64,000 nucleotides of DNA from a bacterium (GCA_043800725.1 JAZDMR010000009.1:26662-90661); one strand, 5' to 3'; shown: positions 28,505-38,635, counted from the stretch's first letter. The notes: generated by a model from the sequence alone, not told the origin. Translations and numbers: made by a program.

Positions 28505-29619
28505 ATTGGTATGTTGTTATGAATCGTATTATGTTTCTCATATTCCTCATTGATAAAAGAAGTTATTTTTTCTTTAAACACATCGGTATCAAACTGCATG
28601 GCATGCTGTCTAATAGATACTGTATCATAATTTTCCGGTTTCCAGCGCACGATTGTATCTGCCAATGTTTCCCAGTTTTGATCATCAAATAACTCGCCTG
28701 TCCGGCCAGGAATTACTGTTTCCAGAGCGCCGCCGGACGCATAGGCAATTACTGGACGGCCTGAAGCCATGGCTTCGATGGCAGTAATGCCGAAATCCTC
28801 CTCTTGGGGATGCAGAAAAGCAACACATTCCCGATACAAGCGCTTCAACTCATCGTTTGAGACCTTTCCTAAAAATTCAATATTCGACTTTGCCAAGCTT
28901 TTCAAATTCTCCAGCTCAGGGCCATCACCAAATATTTTTAAAGGAATTCCGAGCCGATTAAAAGCCATCACTGCCAAATCATATCTTTTATATGCAACCA
29001 GCCGGCCGCCAATCAAATAGAAGTTTTGTATTTTCGGCGATATGGAAAATGTTTTTACGTTTACCGGAGGATAAATAACCGTACTGTCTCTGGAATAATA
29101 TTTCTTTATTCTTGCTTGGATGGCCCTAGAATTTGCCAAAAAAACATCTACCCGATCAGCAGCCAGCCTATCCCAAATTCTGATACGATTAAGTAACACC
29201 GGTACTAATTTTTTTATCAGCCGATTATAGGGCAAATCTTGAACATAGCGATGCGTATCGCTCCATAAATACCTAGTGGGAGAATGGCAATAGCATATGT
29301 GCAGGGTTTCTGGCAGAGTTATCACGCCTTTTGACAGGGCTGAACTGGAAGATAGCACTAAATCATATTCAGTAAGATCGAACTGCTCAATAGCCGTAGG
29401 CATTAGCGGCAGGTATGCTTGGTATTTTTTCACGCCAAACGGCAAATTTTGAATAAACGAAGTTCTGATATCCTTGCCTAAAAACGACCGATTGGCTTTG
29501 AATTTATTGTAAACCAGCGTGTAGGTTGGCGCCTTTGGAAACATTTCCTGAAATGATTGGAGTACTTTCTCGGCTCCCCCATCTTGCGCTAAGTGTTCGT
29601 GAATTAAAGCAACTTTCAT
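28495..29619 (-). CDS. GT4-family (GT-B) glycosyltransferase
   Basis: 374 aa. EDFGITAIEAMASGRPVIA motif. Confidence 0.75.
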   Translation of the reverse strand: MKVALIHEHLAQDGGAEKVLQSFQEMFPKAPTYTLVYNKFKANRSFLGKDIRTSFIQNLPFGVKKYQAYLPLMPTAIEQFDLTEYDLVLSSSSALSKGVITLPETLHICYCHSPTRYLWSDTHRYVQDLPYNRLIKKLVPVLLNRIRIWDRLAADRVDVFLANSRAIQARIKKYYSRDSTVIYPPVNVKTFSISPKIQNFYLIGGRLVAYKRYDLAVMAFNRLGIPLKIFGDGPELENLKSLAKSNIEFLGKVSNDELKRLYRECVAFLHPQEEDFGITAIEAMASGRPVIAYASGGALETVIPGRTGELFDDQNWETLADTIVRWKPENYDTVSIRQHAMQFDTDVFKEKITSFINEEYEKHNTIHNNIPIWN

Positions 29620-29623
29620 ATCT

Positions 29624-31012
29624 TTAAGTAGCTGAGCGTGTAGAAAAAACTACTGAAACAGTTTTGGCAAATATTCGAATATCTAAGCCCATTGACCAAT
29701 GTTTAATATAGTAAATATCCAATTTTACTTCTTCTTCAAAGCTTAATTCGGATCGTCCTGAAATCTGAGCCATCCCGGTGATGCCCGGTTTGATAGTTAA
29801 TAGTGCTCGATGCGATCGCGTATATTTTGCCACTTCTTCGGGCTCATGAGGTCGCGGCCCCACCAAGCTCATATCTCCCATTAATACGTTCCAGAGCTGC
29901 GGCAACTCGTCAATACTGGTTTTCCTCAACCATTTTCCCGCACGAGTTATCCGCGGATCATTTTTCATTTTAAAAAGAGGGCCGTCATTGCGTTCGTTTT
30001 CCGTCATTAAATTGGATTTCAACTCGTGAGCATTATTGACCATAGATCGAAATTTATACAGGGTAAATTTATTATCCGCCTGTCCAATTCTTCGAAGCTT
30101 AACAAAAATCGTTCCCGGCGAATCAAGCTTAATTATTATTGCCACTACCAGCGTAATTGGAGATATTAATATCAAACCAATTATCGCCCCAAAAATATCA
30201 ATCGTTCTTTTTATTATCTTGCCCCAGCCATCGAGCGGCGTCCTTCTTAGTTCAATTATTGGAATACCGCCGATAGCGTTAATATCCAGACTGGCAGCCT
30301 CGGTATCAAACTGATCTGCTGCGTATTTGAAGGTTATATGATTATCATTGGACAGCTCGATCAGCTCTAGAATACTTTTTTTGTTTAAATGTGAATCCGC
30401 TACAATTATTTCATCTATTTCTTTTTTATGAATTCTATCTTCCAGTCTTGCCTTTACTTCTTGATTTATTTCGGGATATTGCTCAACAATATGAAAACCA
30501 AGTTGCGGATTGTACTTTAAGTAACTGGCAATTTCCTGCGTTGAATTATCCGCCCCAACCAAAGCGAGATTATGAATGCCAATTCCTTTTCGAAACAGCG
30601 AATGTTGAAGCAGTCTGATAAAAATACGGGCTATACTTACAAAGACGATGCTCAAGACCCAACCGGATAGAATAATAAACCGCGAAGAAAATAATTCTCT
30701 CTGAAAAAATATTAATATAATCAGCAACATCACCCCGGTTGAACAGGCTACGAATATTTTTGCAAACTCTTCAGTCATTCTTCTCGTACCCTTTATGGCA
30801 TATAGTCCGCTAATAGCAAAAACGCCAATCCAAACAGCGGCAACCAATGATACAATATTTACATATTCATCAAAAGGCAATTCATAAAGAACCGGCCTTA
30901 ATTCAGCAAAACTCGTGAAACGTAAATAATACGAAGCCAAGCCTGCGGCCACGACCATTATAAAATCTACTGGAACAAGAAGTGCACTAAAAAATAGCTC
31001 TACACGCTTCAT
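29624..31012 (-). CDS. Polyprenyl-phosphate sugar-phosphate transferase (bacterial sugar transferase, WbaP/EpsL-like PGT)
   Basis: 462 aa. Four N-terminal TMs and a C-terminal catalytic domain with KFRSM and [10 protein letters not shown]…MSLVGPRP motifs. Confidence 0.8.
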   Translation of the reverse strand: MKRVELFFSALLVPVDFIMVVAAGLASYYLRFTSFAELRPVLYELPFDEYVNIVSLVAAVWIGVFAISGLYAIKGTRRMTEEFAKIFVACSTGVMLLIILIFFQRELFSSRFIILSGWVLSIVFVSIARIFIRLLQHSLFRKGIGIHNLALVGADNSTQEIASYLKYNPQLGFHIVEQYPEINQEVKARLEDRIHKKEIDEIIVADSHLNKKSILELIELSNDNHITFKYAADQFDTEAASLDINAIGGIPIIELRRTPLDGWGKIIKRTIDIFGAIIGLILISPITLVVAIIIKLDSPGTIFVKLRRIGQADNKFTLYKFRSMVNNAHELKSNLMTENERNDGPLFKMKNDPRITRAGKWLRKTSIDELPQLWNVLMGDMSLVGPRPHEPEEVAKYTRSHRALLTIKPGITGMAQISGRSELSFEEEVKLDIYYIKHWSMGLDIRIFAKTVSVVFSTRSAT

Positions 31013-31094
31013 AGAATTTGATTATATTGCTGATGCGCATCTATAAGCCGAATTCTGTCCATTCCGATTCCCGAAGCAACTAAGTTCGGGACTT

Positions 31095-31503
31095 CGAAAT
31101 TGAATGATTATCTATCTAGTCCCGACGTCGCCATCAGGATCAAGCGACCAACCCGTCCCGATCGCACACTTGTGTGGACGCATCGGGACCTACTTGGTCT
31201 TGCACCGGGTAGGGTTTACCCGCCCAAATGGTCACCCATTCAGGCCGTGCGCTCTTACCGCACGATTTCACCTTTTCCCCGCTCCGCGGGGCTTACCCGC
31301 ATCAACGAGGTAGTATGTTTCTGTTGCACTGGCCCTAAAATACTCGTAAAGTCGGCCGATTTTATGTCGTCTTCGCGAGAATCTCGGTTCCATTTCGGAA
31401 CTACCCACTTCCCCACCTTCGCTAAAGCTACGGTGGGGGGTGTTCGGACTTTCCTCCCCGAACACTGTAAAATGCAGTGCTTCGGGGCAATCATTCAATG
31501 CGC
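31095..31503 (-). ncRNA. rnpB: RNase P RNA (bacterial type A)
   Basis: Minus-strand transcript contains GGAGGAAAGTCCGAAC (the P4 5' strand), CGTGCGGTAAGAGCGCACGG (compare E. coli GCGGUAAGAGCGCAC) and GGGTAAACCC. The P1 helix is closed by TTGAATGATT (31489-31498) pairing with AATCATTCAA (31101-31110). Flanked by an outer inverted repeat, ctgatgcgcat at 31030-31040 and atgcgcatcag at 31499-31509. Confidence 0.75.
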
Positions 31504-31590
31504 ATCAGCAAAGCAAAACATACCCAAAAGTGGCTGACATGTCAAGCTGAAATATATATCAAAAATAGGTTATTTTGTCTGTTTTATGCT

Positions 31591-32115
31591 CTATTCTTCT
31601 GGATTTGTAGAAGTACCTAAAATAACAAAAGTATTATCCTCATCTTCATTTATAGTTACTGAAAGCGAGCGATTGCCTTTCTCTGCTCCTATGGAAGCTC
31701 CTCCTTGTATTACCAGAGATAGTGTTATTGTCCAACCATCATTATTCAGCTCTGTTTCAAATTCTTGCTTTAATTGACTTACGCTATCATTAGATTCCAA
31801 TGAAACAGAAAAAGAATCAGCGCCTGTATTGCTAGTTACCGAGGTAATAGTTCCATCAGGAATGTATATATCCGAGGGAAAATCATCAGGCAGTTCTACG
31901 TTTCCACCGCTGGTGGCGGTAAAAGAGCCTTCATTGGTATTAATAGTCACTGTACCCTCATCCAGGTCTACATCTGCCGCGCCGTTAGTTGTTTTTTCAA
32001 TAGCTTTTTCAAGGGTACTTTCTGCTGCTTCTTCGCTTGATCTATTAAATATTATTACTACGCCAATAATTGCCACGATTATTATCCCGCCAATAAGATA
32101 ATTTTTTTTATTCAT
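31591..32115 (-). CDS. Hypothetical secreted protein (174 aa), Thr/Ser/Asn-rich
   Basis: N-terminal signal-anchor. No motif. Confidence 0.4.
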   Translation of the reverse strand: MNKKNYLIGGIIIVAIIGVVIIFNRSSEEAAESTLEKAIEKTTNGAADVDLDEGTVTINTNEGSFTATSGGNVELPDDFPSDIYIPDGTITSVTSNTGADSFSVSLESNDSVSQLKQEFETELNNDGWTITLSLVIQGGASIGAEKGNRSLSVTINEDEDNTFVILGTSTNPEE

Positions 32116-32137
32116 ACGCTTATTAATTAATTATTTA

Positions 32138-32518
32138 TTACTTTTTTAAAATATTTTCTACTTTCTTAACCAGCTCATCAATAGAAATTTCCGCTTTGAT
32201 TATCACCTCGCTGGCTCCGAATTCCTTGCCTTTTTTCTTGGTTTCTTCACTGCTTAGATTAGTAAGAATAACCACCGGGGTATCTTTTCCTTTTTCAGTT
32301 TCTTTCAGCTTTTTCAATAATGTCATGCCATCCATTTTCGGCATAATTATATCCAGCAGAATAATATCCGGATGCTCCCTTAAAGCAATTTCCAAACCCA
32401 CTTCACCGTCTCTGGCTTGCAGTACGTTATATCCTTCGCTGGTGAATTTATTATTCAATGACGAGAGCAGGGTGGCCTCATCATCAATCAATAATAGTGT
32501 TTTATTATCACTGTTCAT
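32138..32518 (-). CDS. Stand-alone response-regulator receiver (CheY-like) domain protein
   Basis: 126 aa. LLIDDE (acidic pocket), phospho-acceptor Asp in ILLDIIMP, and a conserved T…K (VVILTNLSS…K). Confidence 0.75.
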   Translation of the reverse strand: MNSDNKTLLLIDDEATLLSSLNNKFTSEGYNVLQARDGEVGLEIALREHPDIILLDIIMPKMDGMTLLKKLKETEKGKDTPVVILTNLSSEETKKKGKEFGASEVIIKAEISIDELVKKVENILKK

Positions 32519-32604
32519 TAGTTTAAATCATTTTTTTTCATTGAAAAACTGATTTTATACTACCTTATGGAATAAAAAATAGCTATTAAAATATGCTAGC
32601 CTGC

Positions 32605-35385
32605 TCATGGAAGCTGATTCAATATTCCGCCGAGTTTTTCAATTTCTACGCCATATTGGCTCCAATCCCCTTTGGTTTGCGCTTGTAAAGCACTTTGATA
32701 GGCCGCCTGGGCCTGCTCAATAAGAGAGCTTAATGAACTATCTAGGTCATCGGATTCTGTAACTTCGGTTTCATCTTGTGTTTCGGTTGAAGCGGCTGTT
32801 TGATTGAAAATCTGAGCCAGGGCTTTATCTAGCGTTTCTTCCATGGCTATGCGATTTTCATTAGCCACAATTACTCTTTTTAACTCAGGAATCCGTCCGC
32901 CCTCAGCTCGCAGATAGATCGGCTGAACATAAAGCAATGATGATTCAATCGGTATTACCAATAAATTACCGCGGATTACCTGTGAGCCTCTCTGATCCCA
33001 GAGCGATATTTGCTCTGATATTTTCGGATCTTGATTGATCCGATTGGTAATCTGCTGAGGTCCATATACTAATTTTTGCTTAGGGAACCGATAGACAACT
33101 AATTGGCCGTAATATTCTCCATCATTTCTTGCTACCATCCAGGCTGACAGATTGTCTTTACCCCGAGGAGTAAATGGCAGCATTAGAATATACTCTTCAT
33201 TTTCTTCTTCGGGCAGTTTCATTATTATATGCCTCATAAAAGGATCATCAGTTTCTGCTTCAGGCCGAGTGGGAATTTCCCACTGATCCTCTCGATTATA
33301 AAAGATCTGCTCATCTTCCATATGGTAGGTCGAGTAAACACTGGTCAGATATTGAAACAGTGTCTCTGGGAAGCGGATATGTTTTTTTAAATCTTCGGGC
33401 ATTTGGTCAAAACTCAAAAAATTGCCAGGATAAATTTTGCTGTAAGTTTGAATAATCGGATCTTGAGGGTCGGAAATGTAAAACTCCATTGTTCCGGAAT
33501 AAGCATCAATCACGATTTTTACCGAGTTTCTAATATAATTCAGGCGTCCGGGCAGTACCTGGCTGCTTGATTTACCCAATATGGTGTCTGAGACTTTTTC
33601 TGAATAAGGATATTTATCACTGACTGTGTAGGCATCGTATATCCATTTCAGCTGGCCATTACCATCAATTACCATATAGGGATCTTTATCAAATTTTAAA
33701 AAAGGCACAGCCCTTCTAACTCGCTGTTTAATATCCCGATAATACTGCACTCGCGAACTGCCGGTAATATCATTGGACAGCAATATTTTCATTGATTGAA
33801 ATCGTAGGGCAAACAGCGCCTTTCGAAATAACGACTTAACAGGCACTCCGCCCGTACCCTGATATTCCGTAAAAACATTTTCCTCTCCTGACGGATAATT
33901 AAATTCTTTAGCCTGGCTATTTACCACCACAAATTCATTGGCCAACTCGCCATAATAAATTTCCGGACGGTTTATCGCCAAAGACTCAATAGTGGCCTGC
34001 GGAGGCAGGTCCTGAACAAATAAAACCGGCAATCCCTCGGGAGTAACTTCGTTGACTGGTCCTAGGGTCAAGCCATATCCGTGAGTGAAGGTGAGATGCT
34101 CATTAATAAAATTCCTTTGGGGCAGGCTGGCAGAATTCAGCTCACGAGGCGATAAAAGAACTTGACGATAGTCGCCATCAATAGTATAGCGGTCATTATC
34201 AATGGAGGTAAAATCGTAATAAGTCCGAATTTCCTGGATCTGCCCAAAAGTATCCAACAGCGGCTCACGGTCCCAGAGTCGGACGTTTTGGATAGTCGTG
34301 GGATTGGCTTCGATATCAGCCTGCGTAAGAGTTGTTTCACCAGTTAACTCTCTTTTTTCTACATTATCTAATCCAAAAGCTGCTTGTGTTGCCAGGATGT
34401 TCCTTTGGATATACGGCGTTTCTTTTACTAATTCGTTTGGCAGAACTATAAACCGCTGTAATAAATCCGGCACTGCCCATCCGCCAATAGCTACTACGAG
34501 AAAATAGATGCCTAACATCCCCCAAAACCACCTGGTTACTGGCTTAATAACATTTACTAGCAGTATCAAAACCAAGAGCAAGGCAATTATTGATCCAACC
34601 TGCAAGATGGGCAGTCTGGCAGTAATATCACTATAGCTAGCGCCGGTGAACGGCCCGGTATTGCTAAAAACCAGAGAGGGAATGTCCAGATAGTATAACC
34701 TCACCGCAATAATTACGAAAAATACCGCAGCTATTATGGAAATATGCTGGCGTACCGAGCTGGCAATGCTCTTCCAGCCGCCCTTTATTACCCCGGTGGC
34801 ATTTTTTGTAAATTCAATTCCTCCATTTACCAAATACATCACTAACACGCTGATTATTGAAACGACCATCAAGCCTACCGCCAGTCCTGATATCATTTCT
34901 AGAAATGGTAACGAAAAAAAATAAAAGCCAATATCTTTACCTAGCATCGGATCTGTTTGGTTAAACGGCGTTCTATTTATAAAAGTCAGAACATTTTCCC
35001 ACTGAGCTGAAGCCGTTAATCCAAAAATTATTCCTGTTAGCCAAGCAAACGCCAAAGCGACTTTTTTAACAATCGGACTTAGTTTGACTGTGCGAACATT
35101 TATCGTGCCTCTGGCACGCTCTTTCCAGGTAAAAGTTTTTTCTGGCAGCTGGGTCACCGCCCTATTTACAATTTTAAAGTTTACCCACAACCACAGCAAG
35201 ACAAAAAGCCCTACTCCTAAGCCCAAATACACCTGTGTGAGCAGCGTCTTGGTAAATAAATTGGTATGATTAATTTCCTGAAACCAATACCAGTCCGTAA
35301 TCAGCTTGGTTGAGTTTAATACCAATACTACTAAGACAATTAGCGAGATTATCAAGGTAAGTGCTGCCTTTTGACCTTTTTTCAT
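32605..35385 (-). CDS. UPF0182-family large membrane protein
   Basis: 926 aa. N-terminal multi-TM region beginning …ITDWYWFQEINHTNLFTKTL…, matching the UPF0182 consensus (…TDWLWF…), plus a large C-terminal extracytoplasmic domain. Confidence 0.6.
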   Translation of the reverse strand: MKKGQKAALTLIISLIVLVVLVLNSTKLITDWYWFQEINHTNLFTKTLLTQVYLGLGVGLFVLLWLWVNFKIVNRAVTQLPEKTFTWKERARGTINVRTVKLSPIVKKVALAFAWLTGIIFGLTASAQWENVLTFINRTPFNQTDPMLGKDIGFYFFSLPFLEMISGLAVGLMVVSIISVLVMYLVNGGIEFTKNATGVIKGGWKSIASSVRQHISIIAAVFFVIIAVRLYYLDIPSLVFSNTGPFTGASYSDITARLPILQVGSIIALLLVLILLVNVIKPVTRWFWGMLGIYFLVVAIGGWAVPDLLQRFIVLPNELVKETPYIQRNILATQAAFGLDNVEKRELTGETTLTQADIEANPTTIQNVRLWDREPLLDTFGQIQEIRTYYDFTSIDNDRYTIDGDYRQVLLSPRELNSASLPQRNFINEHLTFTHGYGLTLGPVNEVTPEGLPVLFVQDLPPQATIESLAINRPEIYYGELANEFVVVNSQAKEFNYPSGEENVFTEYQGTGGVPVKSLFRKALFALRFQSMKILLSNDITGSSRVQYYRDIKQRVRRAVPFLKFDKDPYMVIDGNGQLKWIYDAYTVSDKYPYSEKVSDTILGKSSSQVLPGRLNYIRNSVKIVIDAYSGTMEFYISDPQDPIIQTYSKIYPGNFLSFDQMPEDLKKHIRFPETLFQYLTSVYSTYHMEDEQIFYNREDQWEIPTRPEAETDDPFMRHIIMKLPEEENEEYILMLPFTPRGKDNLSAWMVARNDGEYYGQLVVYRFPKQKLVYGPQQITNRINQDPKISEQISLWDQRGSQVIRGNLLVIPIESSLLYVQPIYLRAEGGRIPELKRVIVANENRIAMEETLDKALAQIFNQTAASTETQDETEVTESDDLDSSLSSLIEQAQAAYQSALQAQTKGDWSQYGVEIEKLGGILNQLP

Positions 35386-35406
35386 ATTAAATCCTTTTAA
35401 TAATTT

Positions 35407-36129
35407 TTATAATATTGAATAATCATCGCTATCCTTAATCATTTCCACTGTTTCGGGCAGAGTGCCTTTGAAATAAACATAACCATCGTGGTATTGCAGC
35501 TGTTCAATGGAAAAGCTTCCAATTTCTTCAATCCGGGAAGCAATAAATTCTTCGGCAGATTTTTCTATTTCGTCATAGTATTGTTCTGGTACGGAAAAAA
35601 CTCCAACCTTTGCTTTTTGCAAATCAATATCAATCGTTTTTTCCGAGGTTCTGGTTACGCCAATTTTTACATAGACAGGCGCTTTGATAAACTTTTTAAT
35701 AAAAGCAGACAGTTCCATGCCTCCCTCAGTGAATTTAACCTGGAGGTCAGAAATAAACGGGGCATCCTGGGTATAGAGCTCGATAAATGAAGTGACTTCT
35801 TCCGAGCTATGCTGGTCATCAATATTAACTTGTCCGGTAAATATTTTCTTGCCCAATCCGTAATACTCAGTCGGACTGCCTTTTAGCTCCATAGGATTAT
35901 CAGCCAAAGCGCTGGCCAAAGCTTCTGGGCTTGTTTTAATGCCTAAGTCTTTCGGCTTTCTGGCGCCAAACACATCAGACACCAAAGGAATATAATAAAT
36001 ACCTGAAATTCCCACTGCTAAGATAGGCAATATAATAATTATTCCCAAAGTAATCCAGGGCCATTTCCGACGCTTTTTTTTATCTGGCTGAGGATTGATT
36101 GGTTCTGGATTAGTTATTTCTTCTGTCAT
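35407..36129 (-). CDS. Hypothetical membrane-anchored protein (240 aa)
   Basis: Pro-rich N-terminus, a single TM, then a soluble domain. No motif. Confidence 0.4.
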   Translation of the reverse strand: MTEEITNPEPINPQPDKKKRRKWPWITLGIIIILPILAVGISGIYYIPLVSDVFGARKPKDLGIKTSPEALASALADNPMELKGSPTEYYGLGKKIFTGQVNIDDQHSSEEVTSFIELYTQDAPFISDLQVKFTEGGMELSAFIKKFIKAPVYVKIGVTRTSEKTIDIDLQKAKVGVFSVPEQYYDEIEKSAEEFIASRIEEIGSFSIEQLQYHDGYVYFKGTLPETVEMIKDSDDYSIL

Positions 36130-36143
36130 AATTATTTTTAAAT

Positions 36144-36538
36144 TTAAATTAAACTGCTTTTATTAAATACTTTAACCATGATGGTAGAATTTAAGTCTTG
36201 GCCATTTGTGGCTGTCGTTCCAAAAGGAATATCGCAGGGAATAATCAGCGCTGAATTCTCATTGTCCCAGTTAATCAGTTTAGCATACTTTCCCCTTGGA
36301 TCTCCTTTTAAATTATACCCTAATAAACTATCCACAATAGCTGAGTATTTACATTTTTTAGGCCAGCTAACGATATTGCCACCTGATATTTTTGCTAACC
36401 TTAGATGATTTTGGCCGTGTATATTTTAAAAAACTTTAAGGGTTCTGCCAAAACTATGTCTGTTTTATGTCCCCGGTTTTGGAAATGTCTGGCCGCGGCA
36501 ATGCCATCAGCTCCATTATTGCCTTTGCCTGATTTCAT
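36144..36538 (-). pseudogene. nnr: Disrupted NAD(P)H-hydrate epimerase (YjeF N-terminal domain) gene fragment
   Basis: From the ATG at 36538 the translation is MKSGKGNNGADGIAAARHF…, the YjeF_N signature, and stops after 46 codons. Downstream, other frames continue …IIPCDIPFGTTATNGQD (the 63-aa ORF). At least one frameshift, and the total span is too short for an intact gene. Confidence 0.4.
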
Positions 36539-36819
36539 GCTTAAAACAGCTCTAGATATTTTTTATACTGGTCAATGAAAACGCTATTTTATACGAGCTA
36601 TTTGCTATTTTGTCTGTTTAAATTGTTTTTTATTGTTTATTGAAAATACCTTTTTTAAATCTTTTTCACCTGGATCTGTTGATAATAAGATTCAGCTTAT
36701 GATTATTCTATTCTTCGGTATCCCTTATTGTTACCGATTGTTTTTGTTTGCTAATTACGCTAACGTCTGATGCCTAGCCCAATATATAAGAAAATTAATT
36801 TATAATTCATTTTCAGCTA

Positions 36820-36868
36820 ATATTTCGCAATATGCAATGTTTCAATGCTTAATATCGCGTGTTGGGTG
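36820..36868. repeat. Degenerate copy of the AACGTTTCGGCG-family intergenic repeat
   Basis: …atttcgcaatatgcaatgtttcaatgcttaatatcgcgtg… has weak similarity to the other copies. Confidence 0.25.
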
Positions 36869-36895
36869 TAATAAAATATATATTAAGGGTAAATA

Positions 36896-37408
36896 TTACA
36901 AATTTATTATTTCTGCCTCATTATTGTTTGTTTCATATATTGCTATGGTATATTCATTAATTAATTCAGACTCTCGTGTGCCTGAAATTGTTCCTGGATT
37001 AATATGTAAAACTCCATTAATATTTTCGACGACAGGCTTATGAGTATGGCCAGACAATACAATATCATATTTCTGTGCATTAAAAAGGTCGGCCAATAAT
37101 TTTTTATCGTGGCCGTGATAAACAGCAATTCTTTTTCCACCCAAAACCAGTTTTTTAATTCCCTCGTTGAATTCTATATTCCAATTATTCTTTGCTAAAC
37201 GTTGTTTGAAACGCGTTTTATCCCCCTCATTATTACCGTATACAGAAATTATTTTACAATTTAAATCTTTACAAAAATCAGGCAAAAACGGCGAAACCCA
37301 ATCACCACAATGTACTACCAAATCAACTGATTTATTGTTAAATATCTTTATTGCCTCCAGTATTTTTTTGGCATTATCATGTGTATCTGAAATAACTCCA
37401 ATTTTCAT
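36896..37408 (-). CDS. YfcE/MJ0936-type metallophosphoesterase
   Basis: 170 aa. Motifs DTHDN, GDWV, GNNE and GHTH in the order expected for the calcineurin-like phosphoesterase superfamily. Confidence 0.75.
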   Translation of the reverse strand: MKIGVISDTHDNAKKILEAIKIFNNKSVDLVVHCGDWVSPFLPDFCKDLNCKIISVYGNNEGDKTRFKQRLAKNNWNIEFNEGIKKLVLGGKRIAVYHGHDKKLLADLFNAQKYDIVLSGHTHKPVVENINGVLHINPGTISGTRESELINEYTIAIYETNNNEAEIINL

Positions 37409-37435
37409 ATGTTTAAATTTATTTTCATATTTCGC

Positions 37436-37490
37436 CTAACGTTTCGGCGTATGCGATGTGACAATATCGTATACATGCTGTTTCGGATGG
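37436..37490. repeat. Intergenic repeat, copy A (core AACGTTTCGGCGTATGCGATGTGAC…TGTTTCGG)
   Basis: Immediately upstream of the 36896..37408 start codon. Confidence 0.5.
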
Positions 37491-37578
37491 AGTACTCTGT
37501 ATTTAAAATTTAAAAAACATTCTTAAGGGGTGAGGGAAGATATGGTTCTTCCCCCAAATTGGATTTCTATGGTTCCTC

Positions 37579-37794
37579 CTAGGGACGAAAGATCTGTCGA
37601 GTATCATGGATTAGTATTTGTCCACTATTCGTGTTGACACAAATACCGATGAACCCGACGACGACCGCGACTAATCCAATGAACGTGATAGAATCACCTT
37701 TGAAGTACAGTATTCCTATCACTGTTATCAGGAGACTCACTACCTCAAACATGGCCCAGTACTTTCGCTTTGGGTAGTTAAGACTGATGCTCAT
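37579..37794 (-). CDS. Small membrane protein (71 aa)
   Basis: Two predicted TM helices. Weak support. Confidence 0.3.
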   Translation of the reverse strand: MSISLNYPKRKYWAMFEVVSLLITVIGILYFKGDSITFIGLVAVVVGFIGICVNTNSGQILIHDTRQIFRP

Positions 37795-37896
37795 TCGTAC
37801 ATCCTCCTTCCTTTACCATCACCCCCTAAGAATGTTTTGACAAAGAACCAGAAAATGATAATAGTGCTTCTAAACTATTTTGTCAAGATGAGCGCT

Positions 37897-37956
37897 CTGT
37901 CCGATAATGTTTCGGCGTGTGTGACGTACTCGATATGACATAAACTCCCTGTTATG
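37897..37956. repeat. Intergenic repeat, copy B (AATGTTTCGGCGTGTGTGACGT…TGTTCGGC)
   Basis: Shares the TTTCGGCG core, the GTGAC motif and the distal TGTT(T)CGG with copy A. Confidence 0.5.
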
Positions 37957-38174
37957 TGATGTTCGGCTTTTATGCTTTTTTAGATAAACTAACAATAATA
38001 AATCCGATTCCAGACAAAATAGAAGCAATGTCATATGTTAAAATTGTTGCATCATCAATAATATTTAGCAATCCATTTAATAATAATAGAATACCAATAA
38101 TTATTAATGTAATTTTTTTTGCTTTGTTCATAATATTATTTTAAATTATATTTTTAAAGTAAAAAAAGCCGAAT

Positions 38175-38222
38175 TTCATATAACGTTTCGGCGCATATCT
38201 GATGTCCTGCGTAGTTACACAT
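38175..38222. repeat. Intergenic repeat, copy C (AACGTTTCGGCGCATATCTGATGTC…)
   Basis: Immediately downstream of the rnhA stop. Confidence 0.45.
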
Positions 38223-38227
38223 AATAT

Positions 38228-38635
38228 TTATTTCAAAGCTTGGTCAATCGCTTGATTAACCAAAGTATCAGCCAGCTTGTTTTCTTCCCGGTAAAAATGC
38301 TTGAACTCGACTTTTTCAAATTGCTGAACCAGATTCCAAACTTTTAAAAACAATTTTCCCAGTTCGGGATTTTTTACCTTATAGTTTTGATTTAGTTGCT
38401 CGACAACCAGCTGGCTGTCCAGATAGCATTCAAGCTGCTTGGCACCAAGTTTTTTCGCCTCTGTCAAAGCTTCGATAATAGCAGTGTATTCAGCAAAATT
38501 ATTGGTCCCTTCGCCAATATACTTGCCGATTTTTTTTATCACCTTGCCGTCCTGCTCAAAAACGATCCCTATGCCGGCCGGGCCCGGATTGCCTCTGGCT
38601 CCTCCATCGGTTTTAATCACCAGTTTATTGCTCAT
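38228..38635 (-). CDS. rnhA: Ribonuclease HI
   Basis: 135 aa. TDGGARGNPGPAGIG start, catalytic DEDD arrangement (…AEYTAIIEAL…DSQLVV…). Confidence 0.8.
   Translation of the reverse strand: MSNKLVIKTDGGARGNPGPAGIGIVFEQDGKVIKKIGKYIGEGTNNFAEYTAIIEALTEAKKLGAKQLECYLDSQLVVEQLNQNYKVKNPELGKLFLKVWNLVQQFEKVEFKHFYREENKLADTLVNQAIDQALK

Noticed and set aside
31100-31537. Several plus- and minus-strand ORFs (145, 69, 79 and 76 aa) in a GC-rich stretch
   Set aside because: The stretch is the RNase P RNA gene: P4 and other universally conserved rnpB sequences are present on the minus strand. The ORFs are artefacts of the structured-RNA composition.
37970-38132. Minus-strand small membrane ORF beginning MNKAKKITLII…
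   Set aside because: On careful re-translation the frame hits a stop after 25 codons. My first reading had dropped a base. It is not a credible gene.
36810-38225. CRISPR array suspected from the recurring AACGTTTCGGCG-containing repeats
   Set aside because: Repeat copies are imperfect, about 50 nt long and irregularly spaced (roughly 460 and 280 nt apart), with ordinary genes between them. There is no repeat-spacer periodicity and there are no cas genes.
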